A stretch of DNA of 32,000 nt from Parasynechococcus marenigrum WH 8102 (GTDB lineage Bacteria > Cyanobacteriota > Cyanobacteriia > PCC-6307 > Cyanobiaceae). Location of the stretch: assembly GCF_000195975.1 (NCBI RefSeq), contig NC_005070.1, positions 1,320,001 through 1,352,000 of the forward strand, written 5' to 3'. This document shows positions 1 to 7,626 of the stretch, in pieces. The position numbers and the translations under genes are program-made. The notes beneath the pieces were generated by a model. It saw only the letters and a program-made list of their open reading frames with translations, searched no databases and had not been told where the DNA came from. Within the stretch, counting starts at the first letter, position 1. Every line of letters begins with the position of its first letter.

Positions 1-9
1 CACATCGCC

Positions 10-1110
10 ATGCTCCGTGAGGAGATCGTGCAGAGCCGTGGCTGGGTTGATGCCGAACGCTTCGATGAAGGCCTGGGTCTCTGTGAAGCGCTGCCCGGTC
101 CCGCCTCCAGTCAGATGGCGATCTACCTGGGATGGCTTCAACGTGGATTCTTGGGGGGACTGATCAGCGGTATCTGTTTTCTGCTGCCCGGCCTTTTGAT
201 CGTGCTCGGCCTCAGTGAGCTCTGGCGCAACGGCCAATCCATCCCCAGCTTCAGCACGGCACTGCAGACGCTGCAACCGGTGATCGCGGCCATCATCTGG
301 GCCTTTGCCTGGAAGCTCTTGCACAACCGCAAGGCTGGATGGCAACGCATCACAGCCGGTCTGGTGATGCTGGGCGGATTGCTCAACAACTTCAGCCCCC
401 TGACACTTCCGGCTGGTGGCCTGCTGTTGCTGGCCGGTTTGAGCCGATGGCTGATCGCACCAACACCATCAGCACCAACGCCACCTTCGGCAGGCAACGC
501 CGGACTCTTGGCACCGATCCCCCTGGCCACAGCTCCCCTTCTGGTTGGCTCATGGGGAGTGCTGGGCCAGTTGTTCGCTGTGTTTTTCAAAACTGGTCTG
601 CTGGTGTTCGGCGGGGGATTGGTGATCATCCCCCTACTTGAGCAGCAGGTGGTGTCGCTGGGTTGGCTCAACTCCGCTCAATTCCTCGATGGTGTCGCGA
701 TCGGTCAGATTTCACCCGGCCCCGTGGTGCTCACCAGTGCTTTCGTCGGTTACCAGGCCGCCTGGCAGGAAGGGGGAGCCTCGTTTGCTGTTTTGGCTGC
801 TTGCACGGCAACAGCCGCCATCTTTCTGCCCAGCTTTGCGTTCATCCTGGTGGGGGCACCTTTTCTGCAACGCCTGCGCCATCAACCATCGGTGAAAACG
901 ATGCTGAGTGGTCTGCTGGCAGGGGTTCCCGGAGCCGTCGCGGCGGCGGCAGTCCCGTTGACATGGACAGCTGTGGAAAGTGGTGTGATCTGGGTGCAGC
1001 TTCTGCTGTTCAGCCTCGCGCTACGGCTGTGCGTGACTGGACGAATGAAACCTCTGCCGCTGATCAGCGCATCCCTGATGATCGGATTGTTGCTGGAGTG
1101 GCTGCGTTGA
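10..1110 (+). CDS. chrA: Chromate transporter, CHR/ChrA family (two CHR repeats); true start may lie upstream of the window
   Basis: 366-aa strongly hydrophobic ORF. Two CHR-type repeats (ALPGPASSQMAIYLGW.. and IGQISPGPVVLTSAFVGY..) are joined by a PTPSAPTPPS linker. The frame is open back to nt 1. Confidence 0.8.
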   Translation: MLREEIVQSRGWVDAERFDEGLGLCEALPGPASSQMAIYLGWLQRGFLGGLISGICFLLPGLLIVLGLSELWRNGQSIPSFSTALQTLQPVIAAIIWAFAWKLLHNRKAGWQRITAGLVMLGGLLNNFSPLTLPAGGLLLLAGLSRWLIAPTPSAPTPPSAGNAGLLAPIPLATAPLLVGSWGVLGQLFAVFFKTGLLVFGGGLVIIPLLEQQVVSLGWLNSAQFLDGVAIGQISPGPVVLTSAFVGYQAAWQEGGASFAVLAACTATAAIFLPSFAFILVGAPFLQRLRHQPSVKTMLSGLLAGVPGAVAAAAVPLTWTAVESGVIWVQLLLFSLALRLCVTGRMKPLPLISASLMIGLLLEWLR

Positions 1111-1111
1111 G

Positions 1112-1654
1112 ATGAAGCTGTTCCTGGTGGTGCTGGGAGGTCGTTGTCGGGGGTGCCATACCGAGCAACACGACGTGCGATGGGTGGTGGGAGAGGAGAT
1201 TGAAGACACCTACCCCCAGTTGATTCAGCAATGGATCGGACTTCGGCGCGGACTGCATCTCGACAGTTATCGCGCTGTCGAACGCGTCGACAATTACCGG
1301 GTTGAGGTGATCCCTGGCCCTCCTGCGTCGAGGCAAAAGAAGACCGTTGCCACGGCGAAGCTTTGGTTTGTCAATCTCGGGGCCTATGACCCCAGCTCAA
1401 TGGCGGAACGTCATCACTTCGGACTGGTGGTGGCTCAATCCACAGCGAGCGCCAAAGCGGCGGCTAAGCGTCGCTGGCTCAAGGGACTCGAACAGATCCA
1501 CAAGGATGATCTGCACAGCGTGATGCAGGAGCCTGAGCTCGACGACCTCTTGCCGATCGAAGGCAACGGCCAGTGGAGTCTCCGACTGACACCGGTGAAC
1601 GAGGGTGATGATCCATCGGACCGGCCGGACTGGTATGGCTACCTGTTGATCTGA
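1112..1654 (+). CDS. DUF1543 domain protein
   Basis: The N-terminus KLFLVVLGGR..HTEQHDVRWVVG resembles the DUF1543 signature. The ATG lies 1 nt after the chrA stop. Codon usage is host-like. Confidence 0.6.
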   Translation: MKLFLVVLGGRCRGCHTEQHDVRWVVGEEIEDTYPQLIQQWIGLRRGLHLDSYRAVERVDNYRVEVIPGPPASRQKKTVATAKLWFVNLGAYDPSSMAERHHFGLVVAQSTASAKAAAKRRWLKGLEQIHKDDLHSVMQEPELDDLLPIEGNGQWSLRLTPVNEGDDPSDRPDWYGYLLI

Positions 1655-1674
1655 GACCTCCACCAGGGCCGACT

Positions 1675-1869
1675 TCAACGGTTCCCCGTGAAGCTGACGT
1701 TCAGATCCTCACCACAACTCATCAGAAAAGCCACCTCGGCCCGGTCAGAGAGAAACATGCAGGTGGTGGCACCACTCCTCTCCTGGTAGCAATACACATC
1801 CATCCCTTCCGATGGTTGGGATGACGTCACAACCTGTCCATCACGAAGAATGTATCGGTTCAAATCCAT
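1675..1869 (-). CDS. Hypothetical small protein (64 aa)
   Basis: ORF in the track with no competing ORF on the other strand. No family recognised. Confidence 0.4.
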   Translation of the reverse strand: MDLNRYILRDGQVVTSSQPSEGMDVYCYQERSGATTCMFLSDRAEVAFLMSCGEDLNVSFTGNR

Positions 1870-2048
1870 GCCTCAAGTTCCCTCCTGATAAAGGGGCGGC
1901 AGCGACTGGGCAACAAATATGTCGATCACAAGAAATGAGAGGACCAGGCATGTCCATAACGACCATCAGACCATCCAAGACGCGACAAGGGCTCTGGAGA
2001 CGACAAGCCGCTGAAACCGGCTAGAACGTCCACAGTTTTGAGGGCCGC

Positions 2049-2231
2049 ATGTTTCAGAAATTCCCGGCGCTGCGTCGTGTGTCGATCTACATGGTGCTGA
2101 GCTACGTCGCCTTGACGTTGGTCAACAACAGCCCCCTCGATCTGGACAACATGTGGGTTGTTTACCTACCCATGTTCATCACGGTGTATGTGTTTTCACG
2201 ATGGCTGGACAGCCGCTTCAACCAGGGATGA
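2049..2231 (+). CDS. Hypothetical small membrane protein (60 aa, two hydrophobic segments)
   Basis: ORF in the track with hydrophobic stretches VSIYMVLSYVALTLV and VVYLPMFITVYVF. Its stop overlaps the next ATG (ATGA at 2228-2231). Confidence 0.4.
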   Translation: MFQKFPALRRVSIYMVLSYVALTLVNNSPLDLDNMWVVYLPMFITVYVFSRWLDSRFNQG

Positions 2232-2494
2232 CTCCAGAGCAGGTTCAACCATTGAAGGAAAAGGAGAAAGAGGAATGGCGACAATTCCTGCTTGAGCAGC
2301 TGATCAATTTTCTGGTGCAGAACCGAGACAGCATCCTCTCGGATTACGAAAGCATCAACACGGGACAACTCAGCCGTGAGGCTATCGAAGCCCACGGACT
2401 GCTTGATTTCGACCTATCCATCACCCTCCACCAGGACAAAAAGCAAAGTTTTGGCTTGGGCTCAGGTTTCTTCAAGGCCAAATTGATCCGCTGA
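2228..2494 (+). CDS. Hypothetical protein (88 aa)
   Basis: Internal ATG (M26) of track ORF 2153-2494, forming an ATGA overlap with the upstream ORF. Acidic, helical-looking sequence with no family recognised. Confidence 0.45.
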   Translation: MTPEQVQPLKEKEKEEWRQFLLEQLINFLVQNRDSILSDYESINTGQLSREAIEAHGLLDFDLSITLHQDKKQSFGLGSGFFKAKLIR

Positions 2495-2577
2495 AATCAG
2501 CCGCTTGTTATCAAGTTGTAAAAGCTAATTGACGTATCATGACCTCTTCCTAGCGTTTGATTAATCGCAGATTGAGC

Positions 2578-2721
2578 ATGCGGGAACAGATTCTGGATGA
2601 GCTGATTCAGATGGACACCTGGGACTGGTGGAAATCTCTCATTTATGAGCTAAGAGAGCGCAAGGATTACGCCGAGGCGGAGGCTGTCTTCAACGAATTC
2701 AAATTGAATGACAGGCGTTAA
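2578..2721 (+). CDS. Possible 47-aa micro-ORF (MREQILDELIQMDTWDWWKSLIYELRERKDYAEAEAVFNEFKLNDRR)
   Basis: Hand-translated, below the 60-aa track cutoff. It overlaps the start of the next ORF by 14 nt. Confidence 0.25.
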   Translation: MREQILDELIQMDTWDWWKSLIYELRERKDYAEAEAVFNEFKLNDRR

Positions 2722-2986
2722 GGGCTGCTGCTGGTTTGTTGCGTTAGCAACAGGCATCATGGCAACGCCGAGCTATGGATTAACGGAATGCGAATTTATA
2801 CAGCAAACAATCAATAAATTAGGGTCGCGGATGTCAATCCTTCGCATGACAATCGCAACATCTGGCAATCAAGTTGTTCAGGAGGAAGCCAGCAAACAAT
2901 TGCGAAGCGACACAAACGATTACAGACTGGCAAAAAAGCAATATGAACGATCAGATTGCGGGCCTGATCGCTGGAGCCGCGATTAA
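2708..2986 (+). CDS. Hypothetical secreted small protein (92 aa)
   Basis: Signal-peptide-like N-terminus (GCCWFVALATGIMATPSYG). Lies in a low-GC region. No family recognised. Confidence 0.4.
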   Translation: MTGVKGCCWFVALATGIMATPSYGLTECEFIQQTINKLGSRMSILRMTIATSGNQVVQEEASKQLRSDTNDYRLAKKQYERSDCGPDRWSRD

Positions 2987-3027
2987 CTACCCGCCAAGGG
3001 GATCAAGTAATGGTCATGACCAAGCTG

Positions 3028-3285
3028 TTAACCAGCTTCAATGTCTTGAATGATCATCCTTCCATATGCATTTTCAGGTTGAACAGCCTCAACCAGTTCG
3101 TATTCTTTTGACGGGATCTCCAACTGAGGCATGCTCTCCTGAGGGACCTCCAACGAGTTCACAAACGACTCAAGCATGGCGGCAACAATTTTGAACATGG
3201 GGAACAGAACACGTTCCCCAAACACAACAGCTGTTGCCAACACAACAATACTGGTATCCAACACAGGGTTGTTCAGTTTCGCCAT
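3028..3285 (-). CDS. Hypothetical protein (85 aa)
   Basis: ORF in the track within the low-GC islet. One hydrophobic segment (IVVLATAVVFG). Confidence 0.4.
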   Translation of the reverse strand: MAKLNNPVLDTSIVVLATAVVFGERVLFPMFKIVAAMLESFVNSLEVPQESMPQLEIPSKEYELVEAVQPENAYGRMIIQDIEAG

Positions 3286-3605
3286 GGCTCAAACCCCAAG
3301 AGTTGAATAAGTATACGTGAATTTAATCAAGACGTCTGGCACCAGAAACATTCTGATTCCACATTGCTGATGTCGTGGTCGTGATCAGATGAAACGACTG
3401 CGCTGAATCTTGACGATCACCCGATACAAACAAGACCCAGGGAAACTGTTTCATAAAAGCAACCGCCCCCTGGAGCCACAAGGTTTCGAACCAGCCAAGG
3501 GGACGGGTTCGTTGATCAAACCAGAATCACAAAACTTCAGTGCGTATCTCCTGTTTGACAGCCATGGACCAGGGCCATGAGGATCACAGGCTCGCGCTGT
3601 TTTGA

Positions 3606-3698
3606 ATGGACACCCAGTCCCTGGTCACCATCGCCACACCGTTTCTGGTGTTTGGAGGTGTCTTTGCAGTGCTGTTGCTGGTCTGGGATCGCTCCTGA
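3606..3698 (+). CDS. Possible 30-aa single-TM micro-protein (MDTQSLVTIATPFLVFGGVFAVLLLVWDRS)
   Basis: Hand-translated. Clean TM helix with GC-rich third codon positions. It shares a frame with neighbouring mini-ORFs that are separated only by TGA codons. Confidence 0.3.
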   Translation: MDTQSLVTIATPFLVFGGVFAVLLLVWDRS

Positions 3699-3701
3699 TC
3701 C

Positions 3702-3797
3702 ATGTGGACCCCATACGCGGACTGGATTTACACCGTGGTCAGCCTGAGTGGCCTGCTGCTGATCTGCTGGTTGGTGTTGGTGCGATCTGCCCGCTGA
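3702..3797 (+). CDS. Possible 31-aa single-TM micro-protein (MWTPYADWIYTVVSLSGLLLICWLVLVRSAR)
   Basis: Hand-translated and in the same frame as 3606-3698. The competing minus-strand ORF 3537-3803 is Q/H-rich and does not look protein-like. Confidence 0.3.
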   Translation: MWTPYADWIYTVVSLSGLLLICWLVLVRSAR

Positions 3798-3799
3798 AA

Positions 3800-4162
3800 T
3801 CAACCGACGATGGCTTCCATCTCAGGCTCCAGCAGCACATCACGAGCGTTGTTGTAGCGCGTCATCAGCTCTGGATCGCCACCCTTGTCGGGGTGATGCT
3901 TCACCGCGAGCAGTTTGTGAGCACGTTTCACTTGCTGCTCCGTGAGTCGTCCGGTCAGAGGCAAGCCAAGGCTCTGGCGGGCCTTGATGGCGTCGATATC
4001 AGGGTCTCGCCCCATTGGGCACTGTTCGCGGCGATGGTTCGCTTTGCCCGGCTTGCGTTTGGCACTCTTCTTGCCGGATGAACCAGCGCCTCCGCCGAAA
4101 CCGCCGCTATCGGCTTCACCACCCCCGAACCCAGTCGTTTTCGCCACCGGAAGACTCACCAC
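3800..4162 (-). CDS. Small J-domain (DnaJ-like) protein with N-terminal Gly/Phe-rich, basic region
   Basis: C-terminal J domain with an HPD motif (..VKRAHKLLAVKHHPDKGGDPELMTRYNNARDVL..). The N-terminus contains GFGGGEADSGGFGGGAGSSGKK. Confidence 0.75.
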   Translation of the reverse strand: MVSLPVAKTTGFGGGEADSGGFGGGAGSSGKKSAKRKPGKANHRREQCPMGRDPDIDAIKARQSLGLPLTGRLTEQQVKRAHKLLAVKHHPDKGGDPELMTRYNNARDVLLEPEMEAIVG

Positions 4163-4243
4163 AAGGGCGTCACAATGACTGATCGCGGGTCCCGGCTTCG
4201 GTGATCTGCGTGACTCCCAGCCCTGAAACCCAGCAGCCAGACT

Positions 4244-4711
4244 ATGGAGCGAGTCCGCGACTACCCCCGTCCCCCCCGGTTGGACGCCTGCCAGGACCAG
4301 ATCCGGGTGGAGGTTCTAGGCGAAGTCCTCGTGGAGACACAACGCAGTTTGCGGGTGCTGGAAACCTTCCATCCCCCCACCTATTACCTGCCGCCTGAGG
4401 CCATGAACCAGGGGCTGCTGGTTCCCGCCCCGGGGAGGCCTTCGTTCTGTGAATGGAAGGGTGTGGCCAGCTATTACGACGTGGTGGCTGGTGAACAGCG
4501 GATCAATCGGGCGGTCTGGACCTACAACCACCCCAGTGAAAGGTTCCGCGAATTGGCCGGGTGGTTTGCCCTCTATCCCGGACAAATGGATGGCTGTTGG
4601 GTTAACGGCGAACGGGTGATTCCCCAGCAGGGGGAGTTCTACGGCGGTTGGATCACGTCCCAGGTTGAAGGCCCCTTCAAGGGGGATCCCAATCATCCGG
4701 AACTGATCTAA
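4244..4711 (+). CDS. DUF427 domain protein
   Basis: Pattern ..RVLETFHPPTYYLPPE..CEWKGVASYYDV..AWTYNHP.. is typical of DUF427. Confidence 0.75.
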   Translation: MERVRDYPRPPRLDACQDQIRVEVLGEVLVETQRSLRVLETFHPPTYYLPPEAMNQGLLVPAPGRPSFCEWKGVASYYDVVAGEQRINRAVWTYNHPSERFRELAGWFALYPGQMDGCWVNGERVIPQQGEFYGGWITSQVEGPFKGDPNHPELI

Positions 4712-5368
4712 TCAACCGAGAGGCTTGGTGGCCACCACAGCGAAGAACGGATCACCCATGCCACCGAGGAGTCCCATCACCCCTTCGCCGCGGGTCTGTT
4801 CCGCCACGATCTCCGGCTTGGGCCAGCCCTGTGCAATGAGGACCGAAGCCACATAGCTGAGGTGATCACGGTCATCACCATCGGTCCAGACCTGAGGGGC
4901 CTTGGTGAAGAACATGCGGTTGCTGAAGGCCACAATCACTTGGCCTCGGGGGCGCGTGATCCGCAGCAGTTCGGCGGCAATGGCTTCCGGTTGCTGCAGG
5001 TACTGCCAGCCGGCCACGATCAAGGTGCAATCAACACTGTCGTTCTCAAGAGGCAGCACCTGATCGCGATTGAGGTTCTGCACCCAATGGCGATCCAGGC
5101 GCGGATTGGCCGCCAGCTCCTCATCGTTAAGCCCGTGACCAACAACGGTGTCGTAAGTGATGTCATCCGGCAGATGACTGACCCAGCTGCTCATCAGATC
5201 CAACACTTCAGCGCAGGGGGGGATCCGTTCTCGGTAGAGCTGCGTCAGGCGTGCCCGGAAGCCCGCGTCGAGATGATGAACAAAGCGAGGCTCGCTGTAA
5301 AACAGCGCGTCATCACTGCCATCCAGCTTGTAGCGCTGGGATTCCTCAAGTACGCGAACAGCAGGCAT
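4712..5368 (-). CDS. Class I SAM-dependent methyltransferase-like protein
   Basis: 218 aa with VLDLMSSWVSHLP.. and ..DCTLIVAGWQYLQQPE.. resembling methyltransferase-11-type proteins. Last gene of a tight minus-strand cluster. Confidence 0.65.
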   Translation of the reverse strand: MPAVRVLEESQRYKLDGSDDALFYSEPRFVHHLDAGFRARLTQLYRERIPPCAEVLDLMSSWVSHLPDDITYDTVVGHGLNDEELAANPRLDRHWVQNLNRDQVLPLENDSVDCTLIVAGWQYLQQPEAIAAELLRITRPRGQVIVAFSNRMFFTKAPQVWTDGDDRDHLSYVASVLIAQGWPKPEIVAEQTRGEGVMGLLGGMGDPFFAVVATKPLG

Positions 5369-5371
5369 GGC

Positions 5372-5593
5372 TCAACCCAGTTCGAGATACCAACGCACCA
5401 CGCCCGTCAGTTGACCGACGATGCCCTGGCCTGTGAACAGTTCCCCGAGGACCGCGGCCGAAAAACCCACCATCGCGGCACGACCATTGAGGCGCTCGAC
5501 GAAGGTCAGCGCCGACTTGTTCCAAGGGCGTGCTGTGGTGAGGGACTCACCGAAACGCTCCGGTTGCTCGTACTGGAAAGCCGGTCGTGTCAT
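5372..5593 (-). CDS. hli: High-light-inducible protein (HLIP, CAB/ELIP/HLIP superfamily)
   Basis: Chlorophyll-binding helix motif ERLNGRAAMVGFSAAVLGELFTGQG. The ATG at 5593 forms an ATGA overlap with the stop of the upstream ORF. Alternative start at 5605. Confidence 0.8.
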   Translation of the reverse strand: MTRPAFQYEQPERFGESLTTARPWNKSALTFVERLNGRAAMVGFSAAVLGELFTGQGIVGQLTGVVRWYLELG

Positions 5594-6003
5594 CGCAGCG
5601 AACACATCCAGCGGACCTTAACGGCCGTATCCGGTCGACTGGGGTATGAAGACCAAGTTCCATCCGACGAGCGTCGTTCCAGACGACCGTCTGAACACAG
5701 CGCACGCATCGGAACAACCTTGCTCGTCCATCCGTCTCGACCGGTTGTCTTCAGCAGCAGACCGGCCTCGAGCTCCATGGTGTCCCCCACAGCGCGAGGC
5801 GTTCGGATGTACTCAGCAGCTTCAACACGGGCATTGCGGATGGAATCCATGAACTGCCACTCCGGCTCGGGCAGATACTGCACCCGCAGCTGTTGCCACG
5901 TCTGAGGCTCAGGCTTCGGGCGCCAGTCCGCCTGGGCGAGCGCTCCAGGCGCAACAGCCAGAACACCCAGGACGGCGACGGACAAGCGATGAAACAACGG
6001 CAC
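5590..6003 (-). CDS. Hypothetical secreted protein (137 aa)
   Basis: Signal peptide MPLFHRLSVAVLGVLAVAPGALAQA. Translationally coupled to the HLIP gene. Confidence 0.55.
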   Translation of the reverse strand: MPLFHRLSVAVLGVLAVAPGALAQADWRPKPEPQTWQQLRVQYLPEPEWQFMDSIRNARVEAAEYIRTPRAVGDTMELEAGLLLKTTGRDGWTSKVVPMRALCSDGRLERRSSDGTWSSYPSRPDTAVKVRWMCSLR

Positions 6004-6280
6004 GCAATCAACGACGAAGCCATTGATTCAATCAACAAAAAACCCCTGCAGGGAGCAGGAAATGACATTGGAACAGATTGATTCAGAACACCCGCAGGGT
6101 TACCTATTCGGGGGGCGATCTGCCCATGTTCTAAAGGGTAGAAACCACAGGTTGGATTATTCACTCCGAATGAATTAATACCAGGAACTTTACGAAGCGT
6201 TGAAACGAAAACATGAACAAATGGTTATGGCATCAGGCAGATTGGACGTGTCATGTTGAGAAAGTCACACCTCAGAAATC

Positions 6281-6466
6281 ATGTCAACAACCACTGAGAG
6301 ACGGACTCCCTACACCGTTCGCCACAAGAACTCAAACGGAGAGAAGCTCGAGTCGTGCTTTTACGCCAGCGATGCCTATGAAGCCCGGCTGCTGGCCATG
6401 GAATTCAACGCATACATCAAACAGCACCCCAATTGCATCGACTCCATCCTTCAGACCAAAGCCTGA
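6281..6466 (+). CDS. Hypothetical small protein (61 aa)
   Basis: ORF in the track with plausible composition. No family recognised. Confidence 0.45.
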   Translation: MSTTTERRTPYTVRHKNSNGEKLESCFYASDAYEARLLAMEFNAYIKQHPNCIDSILQTKA

Positions 6467-6470
6467 TGCC

Positions 6471-6632
6471 TCAGGGCTCAGGCTGTTGAGATGCAGCCCG
6501 ACGGCGTTCCACCTGAACAAACACCAACCAAGCCAGGCTGGCCAGTCCTCCCCCCACCCAATCGTTGCGCAAGAGTTCAACGATCGCCACTGTGCTGGCG
6601 CCGATCCTCAGACCCCGCAGCAGAAGACCCAT
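6471..6632 (-). CDS. Possible small membrane protein (53 aa; MGLLLRGLRIGASTVAIVELLRNDWVGGGLASLAWLVFVQ..)
   Basis: C-terminal part of track ORF 6471-6914. It fills an otherwise empty 217-nt gap, and the plus-strand alternative is Pro-rich and implausible. Alternative start at 6665. Confidence 0.3.
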   Translation of the reverse strand: MGLLLRGLRIGASTVAIVELLRNDWVGGGLASLAWLVFVQVERRRAASQQPEP

Positions 6633-6682
6633 CAACGCAGGTTTCCGAGGCTGATCGCGCTGCATCGGCTGGACCCGAAAGG

Positions 6683-7198
6683 ATGGCGTCAAGAAAGCTT
6701 CCCATGACCTCTGATCTCCCACAGGACGCCGCAGTTGTCCTGGAGCTGGAACGCCAAGCCCGGCTGCGGGGTACGGGGCTGACACCGCAAACCCTGGCTG
6801 GGCGCTGGTGGCTGAACACCACTTGGTCGCGTCGAGCCCAGGAAGCACCGATAGCGTCGACGCTGCTGCTGCGCACTCTGAAGGCCTGCTTGGAGCTGGA
6901 GCCGAACGAAACAAACCTGCGGATCGCCAACCAGGTGAACCTGGGTCCCCTGCTGCTTCGCTTCGAGGGGAGCGCCTGTCTGCTGGGTCGCCGGCCCCTG
7001 TTGCAGTTCAGCTTCTCGACCGTTCGCGTGATGCTCGGTTCCTACCGTTTGCTCGAGCGCACCCTGGCTGAGCCCAAACCCCAACGGATGCCCTTCTTTG
7101 CCCTTATCGCCGTCGGCGATGACGCCAACTGGCTCTGTGCCCGCGGACGGGGCGGTGGCCTGGCGCTATGGGTGAAGGCCCCTGCCATCCAGCGATGA
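6683..7198 (+). CDS. Conserved-looking hypothetical protein (171 aa)
   Basis: Internal ATG (M65) of track ORF 6491-7198, preceded by GAAAGG. Its stop overlaps the NUDIX start (ATGA at 7195-7198). Confidence 0.5.
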   Translation: MASRKLPMTSDLPQDAAVVLELERQARLRGTGLTPQTLAGRWWLNTTWSRRAQEAPIASTLLLRTLKACLELEPNETNLRIANQVNLGPLLLRFEGSACLLGRRPLLQFSFSTVRVMLGSYRLLERTLAEPKPQRMPFFALIAVGDDANWLCARGRGGGLALWVKAPAIQR

Positions 7199-7626
7199 CG
7201 ATCAGCGTCGCCCTGGCCATGCTCCATCGGGATGGACGCTGGCTGTTGCAGCTGCGCGATGACATCGACTCAATCATTTATCCGGGCCACTGGGGTCTGT
7301 TCGGTGGCCATGTCGAGCCAGGAGAGTCTCCGGCTGACGCTGTTCAGCGCGAACTGGAGGAGGAAATCAGCTGGGTCCCCTCAGCTCCACTGCAGCTCTG
7401 GTTCAGCGATGCCAGTGGCACCCGCATCGCCCATGTGTTCCGCGGTCCGCTGACGGTGCCCCTGGAACAGCTGAAGCTCAGGGAAGGGCAGGACCTCAAA
7501 CTCGCCAGCCTGGAGGAGCTCTGCAGCGAGACGATCTGGAGTGATCACTGCCAGGAGCAACGTCCGATCGCCCCAGGCTTATCCATTGTCATGCGCCGTC
7601 TGCTGGCGGAGATGGATGACGCCTGA
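7195..7626 (+). CDS. NUDIX hydrolase
   Basis: Nudix box GGHVEPGESPADAVQRELEEEISW (Gx5Ex7REUxEExGU-like). Confidence 0.8.
   Translation: MTISVALAMLHRDGRWLLQLRDDIDSIIYPGHWGLFGGHVEPGESPADAVQRELEEEISWVPSAPLQLWFSDASGTRIAHVFRGPLTVPLEQLKLREGQDLKLASLEELCSETIWSDHCQEQRPIAPGLSIVMRRLLAEMDDA

Noticed and set aside
1857-1867. GGTTCAAATCC, a perfect tRNA T-arm-like 11-mer
   Set aside because: The flanking bases do not form a T-stem, acceptor stem or anticodon arm. The sequence is the reverse complement of the first codons (MDLNR) of ORF 1675-1869.
3482-3492. GGTTTCGAACC preceded by TGGAGCC, resembling the 3' end of a minus-strand tRNA
   Set aside because: I could not build a cloverleaf. The T-stem halves do not pair in any register, so it is just a short palindrome (reported above as a hairpin).
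3603-3698. In-frame TGA codons read as selenocysteine or programmed readthrough
   Set aside because: There is no SECIS-like hairpin immediately downstream, and each TGA is followed by an ATG. That fits separate micro-ORFs or a pseudogene better.
4862-5905. 347-aa plus-strand ORF spanning three minus-strand genes
   Set aside because: It runs antisense through the methyltransferase, HLIP and secreted-protein genes, all of which have recognisable features. Its composition is Arg/Ser/His-rich, typical of a shadow ORF.
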